DNA of 64,000 bases from a virus. Below are positions 48,311 to 58,416 of the stretch, piece after piece. Below the pieces are notes generated by a model. It saw only the letters and a program-made list of their open reading frames with translations. It was not told the origin of the DNA and searched no databases. Position 1 is the first letter of the stretch. Each line of letters starts with the position of its first letter. Position numbers and translations under genes: made by a program. The DNA lies in IMG/VR virus record IMGVR_UViG_2802429105_000002, positions 1,455 to 65,454 of that record. One strand, 5' to 3'.

Positions 48311-49814
48311 GTATGCCTCCCCTATTCAATGTTTCACGCACGTCTGCGAACGATTGACGGCGCATGAACTGGCCTTCCTGCCAAACCGGCTGCAACACAC
48401 TGTTCAATTCCGCTGCAAGCCCGGCCTTCTCGACTAGAAACATCTGCCCGCCAAATGCCTTGGCCTTATACAGCACAGCCAGACGCCCTGTAGCGGACTT
48501 CTTGGTTCCGTCATCGGTAACCGGGTCCTTGAGCAGGTTCACGCCCTTACCGTTGACCTCGGCCCATGTTGCTTTCATCGCGGACCCGAAGGTGTCCCGC
48601 GTGTTGTACTGGTAGGTGAACGATCCGACACCGAAGACAACATTCGTTGACGCCCAACGCAACCGCGCCATGCGCTCGGTGATTGAGCGTGCACGATCCA
48701 ACGTGATCGAATCGCCATAGATCGCACCGACACGCGGATTCAACTCAATGAATCCGGCATCGTTCCTTGCGCCGCCGAATGTGTCGTACAGCAGGTGCAG
48801 GACACCGCGCCACTGTGGCGTCCCCGCAGGGGCATCCGGATCGCCGCATAGAATCTTCTCCGGATCACCGGAGTCAGGTCGGATGACGAGCTTGCCGTTG
48901 CGTGCCAAGATCTTGTCCCGCAGCGCGGGAAGATACTCGGTAAGGACGCGCCACAGGTCGAACGTGTCCGATACGACCGATACGACACCAGACGGATACA
49001 GGTCCAGCAGGCCGGAGAAGGTCTCCAGCTCGCCTACGGATTCAATGCCTGTGCACATGACCGAATGCTCGGTGGCGGGAACCGAACCCACCACATAGGA
49101 GCCGCCGTAGTACCGGTCAATCCAGTCCAATGACACCAATGAATCGGTGCCGGTGAAGGAGAGCAGATGCGCCGCACCCGAGGCCGCAGCGGACTCGTGC
49201 GAGGACATGCCCCGGTAGGAGAAGTCATGGCACTGCCAGTCCACCCCGGCAAGATCGCTGCCCGAGTTCTGGGCCGCTTCTTCTAATACCTTGCGGTATT
49301 CGTGCGCGATAGTGGCGGAGGTGGATGCCTGCCAGATCCCGGCGGAGAGCCCGGTTTCGACAAAGTTGGTCAGCCAGTAGAAGTCCGGGTGGGTGTTCTC
49401 CACCGTGAATGAGGGGACCCCGATCGGAACTGGGGTGCCCTCCGGGACTGCGCAGAACCGCAACGGCAGATAGCCCAGAGCGTGCAGTGCGCGGATATGG
49501 TCACTACCAATGCCCTTCGCCGCCTGCGGCCCGAGAATCTGGGCTACACGCGCCTCGTAGAGGCGGCTAGCCTGACTTGTGCCCGCGCTAAAAAATGGCT
49601 CGAACTCGTCCATCAAGTACCGCTGAATGTATGCCTGCAACCCGAAGTGAACTACCTCGTCAACACCAGGGATTCGGCTCTTGCGGTTCGTGTAGTTCGA
49701 GTACACGCGGGTGACGGTGCCGGCCAGATCATATTGGCGTTTGTGGTCCAGCTTGTAGGCGTCCGTGTGAAACAACGGCGCGACGGCTGAGTAGTCAGTC
49801 ATCATTTCGTTCAA
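48255..49814 (-). CDS. Nicotinamide phosphoribosyltransferase-like (possible Namat)
   Basis: TDAYK, HDFSYRG, VPATEHS, SVVSDTFD, IRPDSGDP, IYGDSIT, KKSATG. Confidence 0.9.
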   Translation of the reverse strand: MNEMMTDYSAVAPLFHTDAYKLDHKRQYDLAGTVTRVYSNYTNRKSRIPGVDEVVHFGLQAYIQRYLMDEFEPFFSAGTSQASRLYEARVAQILGPQAAKGIGSDHIRALHALGYLPLRFCAVPEGTPVPIGVPSFTVENTHPDFYWLTNFVETGLSAGIWQASTSATIAHEYRKVLEEAAQNSGSDLAGVDWQCHDFSYRGMSSHESAAASGAAHLLSFTGTDSLVSLDWIDRYYGGSYVVGSVPATEHSVMCTGIESVGELETFSGLLDLYPSGVVSVVSDTFDLWRVLTEYLPALRDKILARNGKLVIRPDSGDPEKILCGDPDAPAGTPQWRGVLHLLYDTFGGARNDAGFIELNPRVGAIYGDSITLDRARSITERMARLRWASTNVVFGVGSFTYQYNTRDTFGSAMKATWAEVNGKGVNLLKDPVTDDGTKKSATGRLAVLYKAKAFGGQMFLVEKAGLAAELNSVLQPVWQEGQFMRRQSFADVRETLNRGGIHASEVDRNARISGRGEVA

Positions 49815-49907
49815 TCCATTTCGTTGTCACGATCCAGCCGCACACGAACCCGAGCAGCGAACACCCGAGAATCAGCACGGCCACACCGGCGAACAGAGCT
49901 TCCGGCA

Positions 49908-50753
49908 TTACCGGAAGTCCTTCATGTGGTGGAACATGTAGCCGTAGACCGGCACCGTCGAGTACGGACGCACCGAACCCCGATACGCGCCGGGATGTGA
50001 ATCTGTCGTGTAGATCCATTCGTAGTTGGCGTGCAGATCAGATGCCTTGCCCGAGAAGACCCCATGGGTGATCCAGATCCCCAGATGGTTGCGCTCCAAC
50101 CCGGTGGCTGCCGCCAACCCGGCAAAAGTGCCTCCGCCATCGCAGATGTCATCGACCACGAGGTACTTGCCCGATGGCGGTAGCTTCTCGGTCATCGCAA
50201 TGTCGAGAATCCGGCCTGTCTCGAAATCGCGGATCTTCTCAGCCCGATACAGATCAACCCCAAGTGCCTTCGCGGCGCGCATCGCGCGCTGCACCGCACC
50301 CTTGTCCGGCGCGATCACCGCGTCATACTTGGTGTTCATGATGGCGCGTTGCAGCAGCGGTATGGCATCTAACGTCAGCAGCTCGTCGTAGTAGGTTTCT
50401 GCCACCTCGGAGTGCGGATCGACGCAAATCACCTGATCAGGTTCTATACCGTTCACCAGGTTTGCGTAGACGGAAACCCCGAGCGGGACACCGCGATCAG
50501 CGCGGGCAGCCGGTAGATAGGGGAGCATGACGACAAGCGGCCAGTTGTACTGGCGGGCCACATCTGCGTAGAGCGCCGCTGTAATCAGATCCTCGGGCTC
50601 AGCGCCGCGAATGTCGGCGATGAGCTGCACCGACTCACCGTCGTAACGCTCAATATCGCGCAAATGCAACTCCCCGCCGGGGAATTGGAAGGCATCTGCT
50701 ACTTCGTAGACCGTGGCGTGCTCCCCAGCCAGGGCCTTCAACGAGATGGTCAT
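49908..50753 (-). CDS. Ribose-phosphate pyrophosphokinase-like (possible Adps)
   Basis: FPGGE, PYLPAARADR, DPHS, APDKGA, VVDDICDGGGTF. Confidence 0.9.
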   Translation of the reverse strand: MTISLKALAGEHATVYEVADAFQFPGGELHLRDIERYDGESVQLIADIRGAEPEDLITAALYADVARQYNWPLVVMLPYLPAARADRGVPLGVSVYANLVNGIEPDQVICVDPHSEVAETYYDELLTLDAIPLLQRAIMNTKYDAVIAPDKGAVQRAMRAAKALGVDLYRAEKIRDFETGRILDIAMTEKLPPSGKYLVVDDICDGGGTFAGLAAATGLERNHLGIWITHGVFSGKASDLHANYEWIYTTDSHPGAYRGSVRPYSTVPVYGYMFHHMKDFR

Positions 50754-50950
50754 TGCCCATCACCCACAACCGAGTCGTAGCCCTCCGCGATCCCCTCAGC
50801 AAGGGCCAGGAAGAACGTCGTCGCCGTCTCCACCAGCCCCTCAGCCAGAGCGCGCACTGCCTCCACGGACCGCTGCGCGAGCGCCGGCACGTCGGGAATC
50901 TCGCCCAGTGGAACATCGTCCCCGTCAAGGGGATTGAAAATTCCGTTCAT
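50750..50950 (-). CDS. Hypothetical protein
   Basis: ATG 50950 behind GGAGG. Confidence 0.5.
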   Translation of the reverse strand: MNGIFNPLDGDDVPLGEIPDVPALAQRSVEAVRALAEGLVETATTFFLALAEGIAEGYDSVVGDGQ

Positions 50951-51185
50951 CGTCTGAATACCTCCAAGAACCAGCTGCGAATACGGAAACCACATCGGAC
51001 TCATCGGCCCAATTGCGGCATTGATCGATTACGGGGCAGCGCTTACAGATGCTCGCCATGTCCACATCATCGGAATTGGACAGCCACTCTCTACGGCCCG
51101 TGAATCGGGCATCACCTGTGCAGAGGGCTTGCTTGGTCCAATGTTCGGGACTGACCGACATCAGCGCACGAATCTCGCGTGTCAT
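50925..51185 (-). CDS. WhiB-like protein
   Basis: WTKQALC...ICKRCPVIDQC. Confidence 0.7.
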   Translation of the reverse strand: MTREIRALMSVSPEHWTKQALCTGDARFTGRREWLSNSDDVDMASICKRCPVIDQCRNWADESDVVSVFAAGSWRYSDDERNFQSP

Positions 51186-52459
51186 TCCGAAATCCGCGCG
51201 TACTGCCCTTCAAATTTGAGCAACATATCCCCCGTCTTCCCCTGCCTGTTTTTCCCAACAATCATCGTCACGTACCCCGGCTCGTCCTCGTCCTGGTGAA
51301 GCAGCAGAACGCAATCCGAGTCCTGTTCGACTGCGCCGCTTTCGCGAAGATCCGACACGACCGGTGCGCGTGGCTTGCCGTCCTTCAACGGTCCGCGATT
51401 GAGCTGTGCTGCCACAATGACCGCCGCGTTCAACTCGCGCGCCGCGATCTTCAACGACCGGCTCAGATGCGCCACCTGCTGCTCACGAACCGCCCTGCGA
51501 TCCGATGGCTCGATCAATTGCAGGTAATCGACCACGATCACATCGAACGGTCCGGCAGCGCGACAATGGGCAATGATCTGCTCGACTGTGATTGTCTCCC
51601 GGTCGATGACTTGCAATGCGACCCCGGCGTTTTCCTTGACATAGCGCTCGATCCGATCGGACATGTCCAAGTCGATCTGCTTCTTGACGAGCTTGGTTTG
51701 GTTGACCCGAGCGCCCTGTGCGATCAGCCGGGTAGTGACTTCGGCTGCGCTCATTTCCAGTGAGAACACAGCAGTCTTGTAATCCCAGGCAGCGGCGAAT
51801 GATGCCATGTTCAGCAGAGCGACGCTCTTACCGATTCCTGGTCGCGCGCCGACTGTGTAGAGCCGACCGCGCTGCAAACCGCCAATGAGCCTGTCGTTGA
51901 GCGCATCCCATGGTGTTGGGATGGCTGGAACTGAATCCGATGTCAACGACTCCCGGAAGTGCTCAACCAAAGCATCGAACCCGATCGCCCGCTCATCGGA
52001 GGTGTGCAGTTCTCGAAACCATTTCTCGCCCTGTGCAAGGGCAGCTTCGGCGTCATCGGTCTGAATGTCATTCGACGCGAGTTGCTGGAGGCGGACGCCA
52101 AGCTCTCCCATCTTCCGCAGCTTCGCTTTGGAGATGACGATGCCTGCGTAGTGTCCGGCGTTCGTTGCCGTTGGCACGGTGGAAATGAGGGTGTGCAGGT
52201 ACGGCGCGCCACCGATCTTGCGGAGCGCTCCTTGCTTGTCCAGCTCGGCGGCAACGGTTACGGCGTCTACTTCATCGCCGCGCATCCACACATCAACGAT
52301 GGTTTGGAATACCCTCGCGTGGTTGGGGCGATAGAAGTCTTGCGCCGACATGCGTTCGACCACTTCGGGAATGACGCTTTTGGACAGCAGCATCGCGCCC
52401 AGTACCGATTGCTCTGCCTGAATGTCACTGGGCGGTTGCCGACCGTAGTCGTCGGTCAC
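51182..52459 (-). CDS. dnaB: Replicative DNA helicase
   Basis: AEQSVLG, GARPGIGKS, FSLEM, VDYLQL, AQLNR, DLRESGAVEQDSD. Confidence 0.95.
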   Translation of the reverse strand: MTDDYGRQPPSDIQAEQSVLGAMLLSKSVIPEVVERMSAQDFYRPNHARVFQTIVDVWMRGDEVDAVTVAAELDKQGALRKIGGAPYLHTLISTVPTATNAGHYAGIVISKAKLRKMGELGVRLQQLASNDIQTDDAEAALAQGEKWFRELHTSDERAIGFDALVEHFRESLTSDSVPAIPTPWDALNDRLIGGLQRGRLYTVGARPGIGKSVALLNMASFAAAWDYKTAVFSLEMSAAEVTTRLIAQGARVNQTKLVKKQIDLDMSDRIERYVKENAGVALQVIDRETITVEQIIAHCRAAGPFDVIVVDYLQLIEPSDRRAVREQQVAHLSRSLKIAARELNAAVIVAAQLNRGPLKDGKPRAPVVSDLRESGAVEQDSDCVLLLHQDEDEPGYVTMIVGKNRQGKTGDMLLKFEGQYARISE

Positions 52460-53109
52460 TTAATCCTCTCTCGAATGCGCAGCATCCAATCCCGTTTGGC
52501 CTGGTGAATGAACACGTCGCGGTCAACGTCATCGGGAATGTCCGGCAAGGTGAACACGTACCCGAACTGCTTGAGCGGTGTGACCTTTCCGGAGCGCCAG
52601 CAGTCCCGCAGCACGTTCATGACGTTCTGTGAGCGCTGCGCTTCTTTCATCGCCTCAGAGGCGAGGTTCGGCAGCAGCGACGGCGATAGATCCTTGGCGC
52701 ACCACAAGCCGAGGGCGCGTTTCACAATGTCGCGGTCGATACCCTCAGCGAGCAGCGTGGTTGCCTGGCGCACGAGCTGCTTGCGGATCGCAGACGGATG
52801 CGAGGCCGGTACAACTTCGCGCACCATGTCGCCCGCGAGGGTGTCCGCTTCCACGTCATCGTTCCAGTGCTCGTAGTCGTGGAACCTGTAGCCGTGCTGC
52901 GTCTTAACCCACAGACGGGCATTCACCAGTGCGTCAATCTCGGCCTGTGTGCCCATTTCCAGTGCGTCCGGTGCCGGCACGTACCCGGCCTTGCGGTGGT
53001 CGCGGCACCACGAGTTCGCGCGTGCCCACAGTCCGAGCGCCGCGTTACCGGCAGCTTTCGCTTTGTCGTGGTTCCAGAACTTGCGGTGGATTCTTCCGTT
53101 GTCGCTCAC
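52456..53109 (-). CDS. Replication initiator / helicase-loader-like protein
   Basis: AALGLW...GYRFHDY; directly upstream of dnaB. Confidence 0.6.
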   Translation of the reverse strand: MSDNGRIHRKFWNHDKAKAAGNAALGLWARANSWCRDHRKAGYVPAPDALEMGTQAEIDALVNARLWVKTQHGYRFHDYEHWNDDVEADTLAGDMVREVVPASHPSAIRKQLVRQATTLLAEGIDRDIVKRALGLWCAKDLSPSLLPNLASEAMKEAQRSQNVMNVLRDCWRSGKVTPLKQFGYVFTLPDIPDDVDRDVFIHQAKRDWMLRIRERIK

Positions 53110-53396
53110 GGGTATTTGGCACCCATCTTGTAGCGGTCGTATTCCTCACGGGTGACAGATCGCCAGCCCTCATCCTGGTTGTTCTTGAGACGCAGTTGGT
53201 AAGACTCTGGCCAAAACGTGGGCGTCACGATGGGCACACAGATCCGGTTCGGCGGCGTACCGCTGCATTGCTGTGTCGTGGTGTATTGCGTCCAGGCCGG
53301 GTGATAGCTCTTATCGGTCACGGTGCCGTATTTGATTTGCGAGCAGCCGGCCATGAGCATGCAGCTAGTCAGTAGCGCTAGCGTCGTCTTCCACAT
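53106..53396 (-). CDS. Lipoprotein
   Basis: Signal peptide with MAGC lipobox. Confidence 0.65.
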   Translation of the reverse strand: MWKTTLALLTSCMLMAGCSQIKYGTVTDKSYHPAWTQYTTTQQCSGTPPNRICVPIVTPTFWPESYQLRLKNNQDEGWRSVTREEYDRYKMGAKYP

Positions 53397-53718
53397 TCGT
53401 GACGGTTCCTTCCGGGGTTAGAAGCACCCACGTTGAGCCGCGCCAGAGCAACGGCACCTGCGCAGGGTTAAGCCATGGGCGCACGTGCCAGCCCAGCGCC
53501 GCCGCCTTGTCGGGGTAGTGCTCGAACAGTCCGTGGCAGCCGGTCACGCCGTCGCCACACACCGCGACGATGTTCTCCGGGCTCCATATGCCGCCCTGGC
53601 CGCGTTTGAGCCGGTGGTGCATAGTGAGCGGTCGCCAGCTTGTGTGCGGGCGGCAACAGCGTTCGCAGAATCCTTCCGAGCGATCAAAGACAACTACCCG
53701 GCAGCGTTTCTCGTTCAC
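53365..53718 (-). CDS. HNH endonuclease
   Basis: CERC...HHRLKRGQGG...NIVAVC...GCH. Confidence 0.8.
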   Translation of the reverse strand: MNEKRCRVVVFDRSEGFCERCCRPHTSWRPLTMHHRLKRGQGGIWSPENIVAVCGDGVTGCHGLFEHYPDKAAALGWHVRPWLNPAQVPLLWRGSTWVLLTPEGTVTNVEDDASATD

Positions 53719-53972
53719 TTTGTGGTCGCGATGACACCTAGCTCATCAAAGACTTGGTGCGCCATCTGAACACGGTGCGCGATCTTGTTCGCGCCTCGAA
53801 TCACCGCGTTGACCGCGTTGTAGGTGCGGCCCATAACCACGTACTCAACGAACGCATCCGCGACCACAACCAAGTCCTGTGTACGGACCAGTTGAACCTC
53901 AACCTCGTCGTCATGCAGAATCGTCGCCCAATGGTGCCCCTTCGGGGCCACCGGCATTTGCGGACTCACCAT
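53715..53972 (-). CDS. Hypothetical protein
   Basis: Start re-called near 53972. Confidence 0.5.
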   Translation of the reverse strand: MVSPQMPVAPKGHHWATILHDDEVEVQLVRTQDLVVVADAFVEYVVMGRTYNAVNAVIRGANKIAHRVQMAHQVFDELGVIATTK

Positions 53973-54319
53973 TCCCCCCTGCCCGCAACCTGATACGCCT
54001 GACGCACCGAGACACCGATAGACCGAATCGCGTCCAACTTCTGCTCCAACGCCTTGTTCGTCTTGTCGGCCAGCTTGTAGGCCACATCCGCCGCATCGCG
54101 CGCGATGCGTTCGGCTTCGGTGTCCAACTCGGCCTGATACTTCTTCGCGTGCGCGGGGCCGTCGCATCGCATGTAGGCCCGCGCGTACGCCAAATCGAAC
54201 TCACGGTCTGCCGTCAGATATGCGTCATAGGCGCTCGATGCCGTGTTGACGCCCTGCGCAATCTCGTTGACCGTCTCGTTGATCGTTTGTTCTACAGAGA
54301 CCGGATTCCAGTCACTCAA
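53966..54319 (-). CDS. Hypothetical helical protein
   Basis: ORF in operon. Confidence 0.6.
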   Translation of the reverse strand: MSDWNPVSVEQTINETVNEIAQGVNTASSAYDAYLTADREFDLAYARAYMRCDGPAHAKKYQAELDTEAERIARDAADVAYKLADKTNKALEQKLDAIRSIGVSVRQAYQVAGRGEW

Positions 54320-54522
54320 TGTCCCCCCGCTCGCTCAAATTCTCTGTACGGGCAGCGCATTCCACCAGCGCCGCTTATCTCCCCAGCCAAGGCACGGCTC
54401 ACACACCAGCCAATGATCGAAATGGCCGACCGCGAACGTTGCGGTCCGGTCAGTGCATTCTTCGCACGGCAATGTCAGCCCTGGTGAGGTGGCCAACGAC
54501 CCCACCAGGGCACCGAACGTGC

Positions 54523-55299
54523 TCATTTAGTCTTGAATCCAGATACAAGCCCGCCCACAAGACTGTTCGTGAACGCGGCTACCTCATCGGGTGATGCCTC
54601 ACGCAACTGCTTGCCCTCACTGCCCTTCTCGAACGCCTTCGCGACCGCGCCCAGATCCCAGCCGTTCTCCGTCGCGACTGCCTTCAAGTCCTCGCGCTGC
54701 TGCTTGGACTCAGAGTTCTCCGGAGGCAACTGCGCCTGTACCGGCTTGCCCTGCGCGCGAGCCGCCGTCGCCGGTGTGCCGCGCTCGTGTGCGCTGGCAT
54801 CCGGCTCCGGTTCCCCGGTCGGCATAGTCAACGCCTGCAACAGGAACGTGCGATATGCCACCGATTCAGCCTTGGACATCGCTTTGTCTCCGGCATCTGC
54901 TGCTTCGCCGAACGTGGAACCTCGGAAGCAATCACCGGCAGGCCCATAGACGGTGTAACCCATCTCGACAATGCGGTTCACCATCTGCCCACCCTTGGTG
55001 GTGGTATACCGCTCGGAATCCTGCGACACCGCATCCGGGATCACTACGACGCCATGGTCACGCAACGCTGGACCAACAGCATCCATCACCGCATCAATGC
55101 CACGAAAGTTGAAACCCTGCTGCGCATTACGTTGGCCCTTGCTGATCGAACGCACCTCGCGCATCACCGCGTTCCACGCTTCGAACACAGTTAAAACACC
55201 TGATTTTCCGCCGTCAGGCGTCGTGGGCTCCTCGGCTAGTTTCGTTTCTAGCTCATCCTTTTTCGCCGTTCTACGTCGCGTCGTCGTCGGCGCTGTCAT
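54523..55299 (-). CDS. ERF-family ssDNA annealing protein
   Basis: FNFRGIDAV...GEAADAGDKAMSKAESVAYR...EPD. Confidence 0.85.
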   Translation of the reverse strand: MTAPTTTRRRTAKKDELETKLAEEPTTPDGGKSGVLTVFEAWNAVMREVRSISKGQRNAQQGFNFRGIDAVMDAVGPALRDHGVVVIPDAVSQDSERYTTTKGGQMVNRIVEMGYTVYGPAGDCFRGSTFGEAADAGDKAMSKAESVAYRTFLLQALTMPTGEPEPDASAHERGTPATAARAQGKPVQAQLPPENSESKQQREDLKAVATENGWDLGAVAKAFEKGSEGKQLREASPDEVAAFTNSLVGGLVSGFKTK

Positions 55300-56099
55300 G
55301 GCAATTCCCCCAATTTCCTAGCGATAAAAGCGATTCCCGAGGGCCGAACCTTCGTGACGTACCTAGTCGAACATGTACCGTCAGAACGTTGAAGCTCGAA
55401 AGGCTTCACATCAAAGTGCTTCATATAAACCTCATAGGGCGTATTGCGCATATGCCCCTTGGTGATCAGGACTCCCCTGTTACGAAGATCATCGAACAGC
55501 TTGTTTTGGCCCCTGCCGAGGATCTTGGCGACCGTGCCCACACTGTAGGTGCCTTCCGCGCTCATGAACCGCTCATACGCGGATACCTTCGGAGCGTCGA
55601 CCTGCACCTTGGCGTCCAACTGGAGTGCGCGGGCCTCGGCCAACTCGGCACGTTCTGCCTGATCGGCAGCCAACCGCAAGGCATCCGGCAGGGTCCGTGG
55701 TATCTGGAAAACCGGTACCTCGGCCACCTCAGCCTCGCGGGTACGGATCGCGAAATACGCCTGTGCCGCTGCAACTTGCGGTTTGTTCGGGTCACCATTC
55801 ATCGCCACCAGATAGGCCGCGAACCGCGACAGCTCGAAATCCTCCATCGGCTTGGTCGCGGAGATTTTGCGGTATCCCACAAAATTGCTGGTCACGTCAT
55901 CGATCTGGCTTTTGGCAGCGACAACAGCCCGTTCTATCGGAACCAGGAAGTTCCGCCATGCGCTGTATCCCATAAGTGGCATGAGGTCGCGAGCGGACCA
56001 GAACTCGCGGCCATCGGCTGTCACCTGTTTGATCGCATCGAATGGGGACACCCCGGCATATACCGCGTCCGTTCGATCTAGATCACCATGCGTGGTCAC
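55296..56099 (-). CDS. Phage antirepressor (Bro-N-like plus KilAC domain)
   Basis: FWSARDLM...LSRFAAYLVAMNGDP; APKV...GQNKLF. Confidence 0.85.
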   Translation of the reverse strand: MTTHGDLDRTDAVYAGVSPFDAIKQVTADGREFWSARDLMPLMGYSAWRNFLVPIERAVVAAKSQIDDVTSNFVGYRKISATKPMEDFELSRFAAYLVAMNGDPNKPQVAAAQAYFAIRTREAEVAEVPVFQIPRTLPDALRLAADQAERAELAEARALQLDAKVQVDAPKVSAYERFMSAEGTYSVGTVAKILGRGQNKLFDDLRNRGVLITKGHMRNTPYEVYMKHFDVKPFELQRSDGTCSTRYVTKVRPSGIAFIARKLGELP

Positions 56100-57054
56100 G
56101 CAAAATCAACTCCTTCGGATCAGATTCCTTGCGCGAGAACCACTTGCGCACCTCTTCGACCTGCTTGCCGATCTTCGCCGCGCGCAGACCCAGTTGCAGA
56201 TCAATCCAGTAGAACTGCACCTCGGCGGCATCGTTCATGATCGGAAAGTGCACCATCACACCCCAATCGGTGTTGATGCGCTCATGCAGTTCAGTGCGGG
56301 TATTTGTTTCCTGGTCGTAGCGTTTCCCGGTCCCATAGGCCGCCAACTGGCACGTCACACTCATCGGACGTTTGGAGTCCCAGCGACCTGTCTTGAGGTC
56401 GCCTACACACACGAATTTCTCCGGGTGGTACGTGCCATCTGGCGTCGTGAGGCCGGCAGGCAACTCCATTAGGTAATCGACCGAACCGGCCAACTCCAGA
56501 ATGTCGTTGACTACCAACAGCTCTTGCGCCAAGAAACCGATAGGTTCAACCGCGTGCTTGTACTGCTCGAACTTGTCTACCCACTGCTCTTGGACGATGC
56601 GCGGGACCTTGCCCTGATTGTGTAGCTCGCCCAACTTATGAAACTCAGTGCCAGCAGAAGACGCAGTGTGTTGACCGGCAGTGTTGCGGGCCTGCTCGAC
56701 CGCCGCCTTGAGTCGATCCTTGCCGGATCGGGTTCCGCCGTCGTCACCCTTGTACCAAGGATCGGCGTCGTACTCGTTGATGAGGGTCGCGACCTCAGAG
56801 CGTGCCGCGTTGTCGAGAAGGATTCCGACCGCAGCCTGACAGCACGCCCACTCGATAAGGTTCTCTTTGGTGTCGAGCCCCTTACCCGCGCCCGAGGCGC
56901 GACTGTAGCCCTTGCCGTCCTTGGAATACCACCATCGTTTGTGTTTTCCATCGCGCCCCTTGCCTTCTCGCCATTGCCCCGTGAGCGGACCCGCGTCAGG
57001 GGGCATAACGATTGGTCTGTCCCAATAGTCTCGTTTTACTTGATAGTCAGTCAA
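56083..57054 (-). CDS. PD-(D/E)xK exonuclease (RecE/Cas4-like)
   Basis: GTEFH, AGSVD, GDLKTG, QLAAY; near ERF recombinase. Confidence 0.8.
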   Translation of the reverse strand: MTDYQVKRDYWDRPIVMPPDAGPLTGQWREGKGRDGKHKRWWYSKDGKGYSRASGAGKGLDTKENLIEWACCQAAVGILLDNAARSEVATLINEYDADPWYKGDDGGTRSGKDRLKAAVEQARNTAGQHTASSAGTEFHKLGELHNQGKVPRIVQEQWVDKFEQYKHAVEPIGFLAQELLVVNDILELAGSVDYLMELPAGLTTPDGTYHPEKFVCVGDLKTGRWDSKRPMSVTCQLAAYGTGKRYDQETNTRTELHERINTDWGVMVHFPIMNDAAEVQFYWIDLQLGLRAAKIGKQVEEVRKWFSRKESDPKELILRDHAW

Positions 57055-57082
57055 TCGTCATGCCGCCCCCACGGCTATTCAA

Positions 57083-57661
57083 CTAGTCGTGCTCGTAGTG
57101 CTCGACATCGAACTTGTAGGTATCGCCCTCGCGGACAACGGTTACCTCGGCTGGATCGCCGAACTTCTCATGCAGGACGGCCTCGTGATGCCCGCCACCA
57201 ACCGCAGACTCAACAGCGCTCATGGCTTCCTGAATGTCCTTACGCACAACACCATTGACAAACAGTTCGCGGTCGGCGTAGTCCACCGGCGACTTACCCG
57301 CCGGGTACACCCGCGTTGACCGCCCGGTGCCTGGATCGCGGAACCACTCACCGTAGGAATGAGTTTCAAAGTAGTCCGCAGGCCAATCGCCCGAAGAGCT
57401 AATGAACCCGTCCTCGTAGTCGCCCGCTTCCTCGTCGGTATCAACTAGCTTCGTGCGCGCCTCATGCACGCTGAACGTGCACGCGTCCCCGTCGTTGAAG
57501 TACGGCGTGTACTGCGCCCACCGAACTGACACCACCTCAGGGAAGGCGAACAGTTTGTCCAGCGCCGCAACTAGCTCTGCTGGATCGTGCTGCTCGGTTT
57601 GCCTGCGCCCGTAATACGCGATGTTGCCGTTGATTTCATGGCCTAGCAAGCCATCAGTCAT
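57083..57661 (-). CDS. Hypothetical protein
   Basis: WAQYTPYFNDGDACTF motif; start ATG 57661. Confidence 0.65.
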   Translation of the reverse strand: MTDGLLGHEINGNIAYYGRRQTEQHDPAELVAALDKLFAFPEVVSVRWAQYTPYFNDGDACTFSVHEARTKLVDTDEEAGDYEDGFISSSGDWPADYFETHSYGEWFRDPGTGRSTRVYPAGKSPVDYADRELFVNGVVRKDIQEAMSAVESAVGGGHHEAVLHEKFGDPAEVTVVREGDTYKFDVEHYEHD

Positions 57662-58052
57662 CGTTCCCCCTGCTTTTGTTCGGGTGAGGCAAGGACTGCT
57701 CAAGCAGTTCTTCTCGCCCCATGAATTTGTTGCGTTTGCCGCCCATCCACACCTTGCATGTCAGACAGGCGGACCAGTCCGCCGGAGAAGGAATCCAGCC
57801 CAAATCCTCCACCACATGGTTCTCAGCTATCTGTCGGACAAGGACCTTCTTGCCGGCCGAATTTTCGATGTAGCGGCCAAACACTTCCTGAGCCATCCAC
57901 GGGCCTTTGGAGTTGTGGAGGTACTGGCGATGCGACACGTCACCCACGACGCTCTTGAATTGGTCGATCCATTCGTGGATCGCTATGTAGTCGTCGGGCT
58001 TTCCGCCAAAGTGGCGTGCGCTAGTCTCGGCGTGAATCTGTGATTGCGCCAT
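57654..58052 (-). CDS. DUF6915-like His-rich protein
   Basis: HAETSARHFGG..DY..IHEW.D...HRQYLHN...ENHVVEDLG; start ATG 58052. Confidence 0.65.
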   Translation of the reverse strand: MAQSQIHAETSARHFGGKPDDYIAIHEWIDQFKSVVGDVSHRQYLHNSKGPWMAQEVFGRYIENSAGKKVLVRQIAENHVVEDLGWIPSPADWSACLTCKVWMGGKRNKFMGREELLEQSLPHPNKSRGNDD

Positions 58053-58416
58053 CGGCACCCCCGAGCTGCACACAAGTCCACGCGCCGTCCTCGTCATCGC
58101 AAGGCTCATCATCATTAGTGCAGATGTATGAATGCCCGCTCGGACCAAGCCAGAGCTGACCCTTGCGGGTCTGCAACACGACCGTGAATCCGCCGTCAGT
58201 CTCCGTGCGGTAGTAGAGCTTTCCGACCGGAATAGGCGGCTTGTGCACCACTTCCCAGTCCGCAACAGTGCCATCCACCGCCCAGTAGCTTGCGCCGTCA
58301 GGCTTTGACAGCATCCACCGCGCGGTGACCGCGTTGACGGCCTCGGCAACGCATAATGCGTACACGCCATCGTGAGACCGGCGTAAGGTGCCCGCAGGGT
58401 CCAACAGGACCGTCAT
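58021..58416 (-). CDS. Hypothetical protein
   Basis: ORF in operon. Confidence 0.55.
   Translation of the reverse strand: MTVLLDPAGTLRRSHDGVYALCVAEAVNAVTARWMLSKPDGASYWAVDGTVADWEVVHKPPIPVGKLYYRTETDGGFTVVLQTRKGQLWLGPSGHSYICTNDDEPCDDEDGAWTCVQLGGADGAITDSRRD

Noticed and set aside
56083..57054. Cas4 as a sign of a CRISPR system
   Set aside because: Stand-alone PD-(D/E)xK nuclease near an ERF annealing protein; a normal phage recombination pair.
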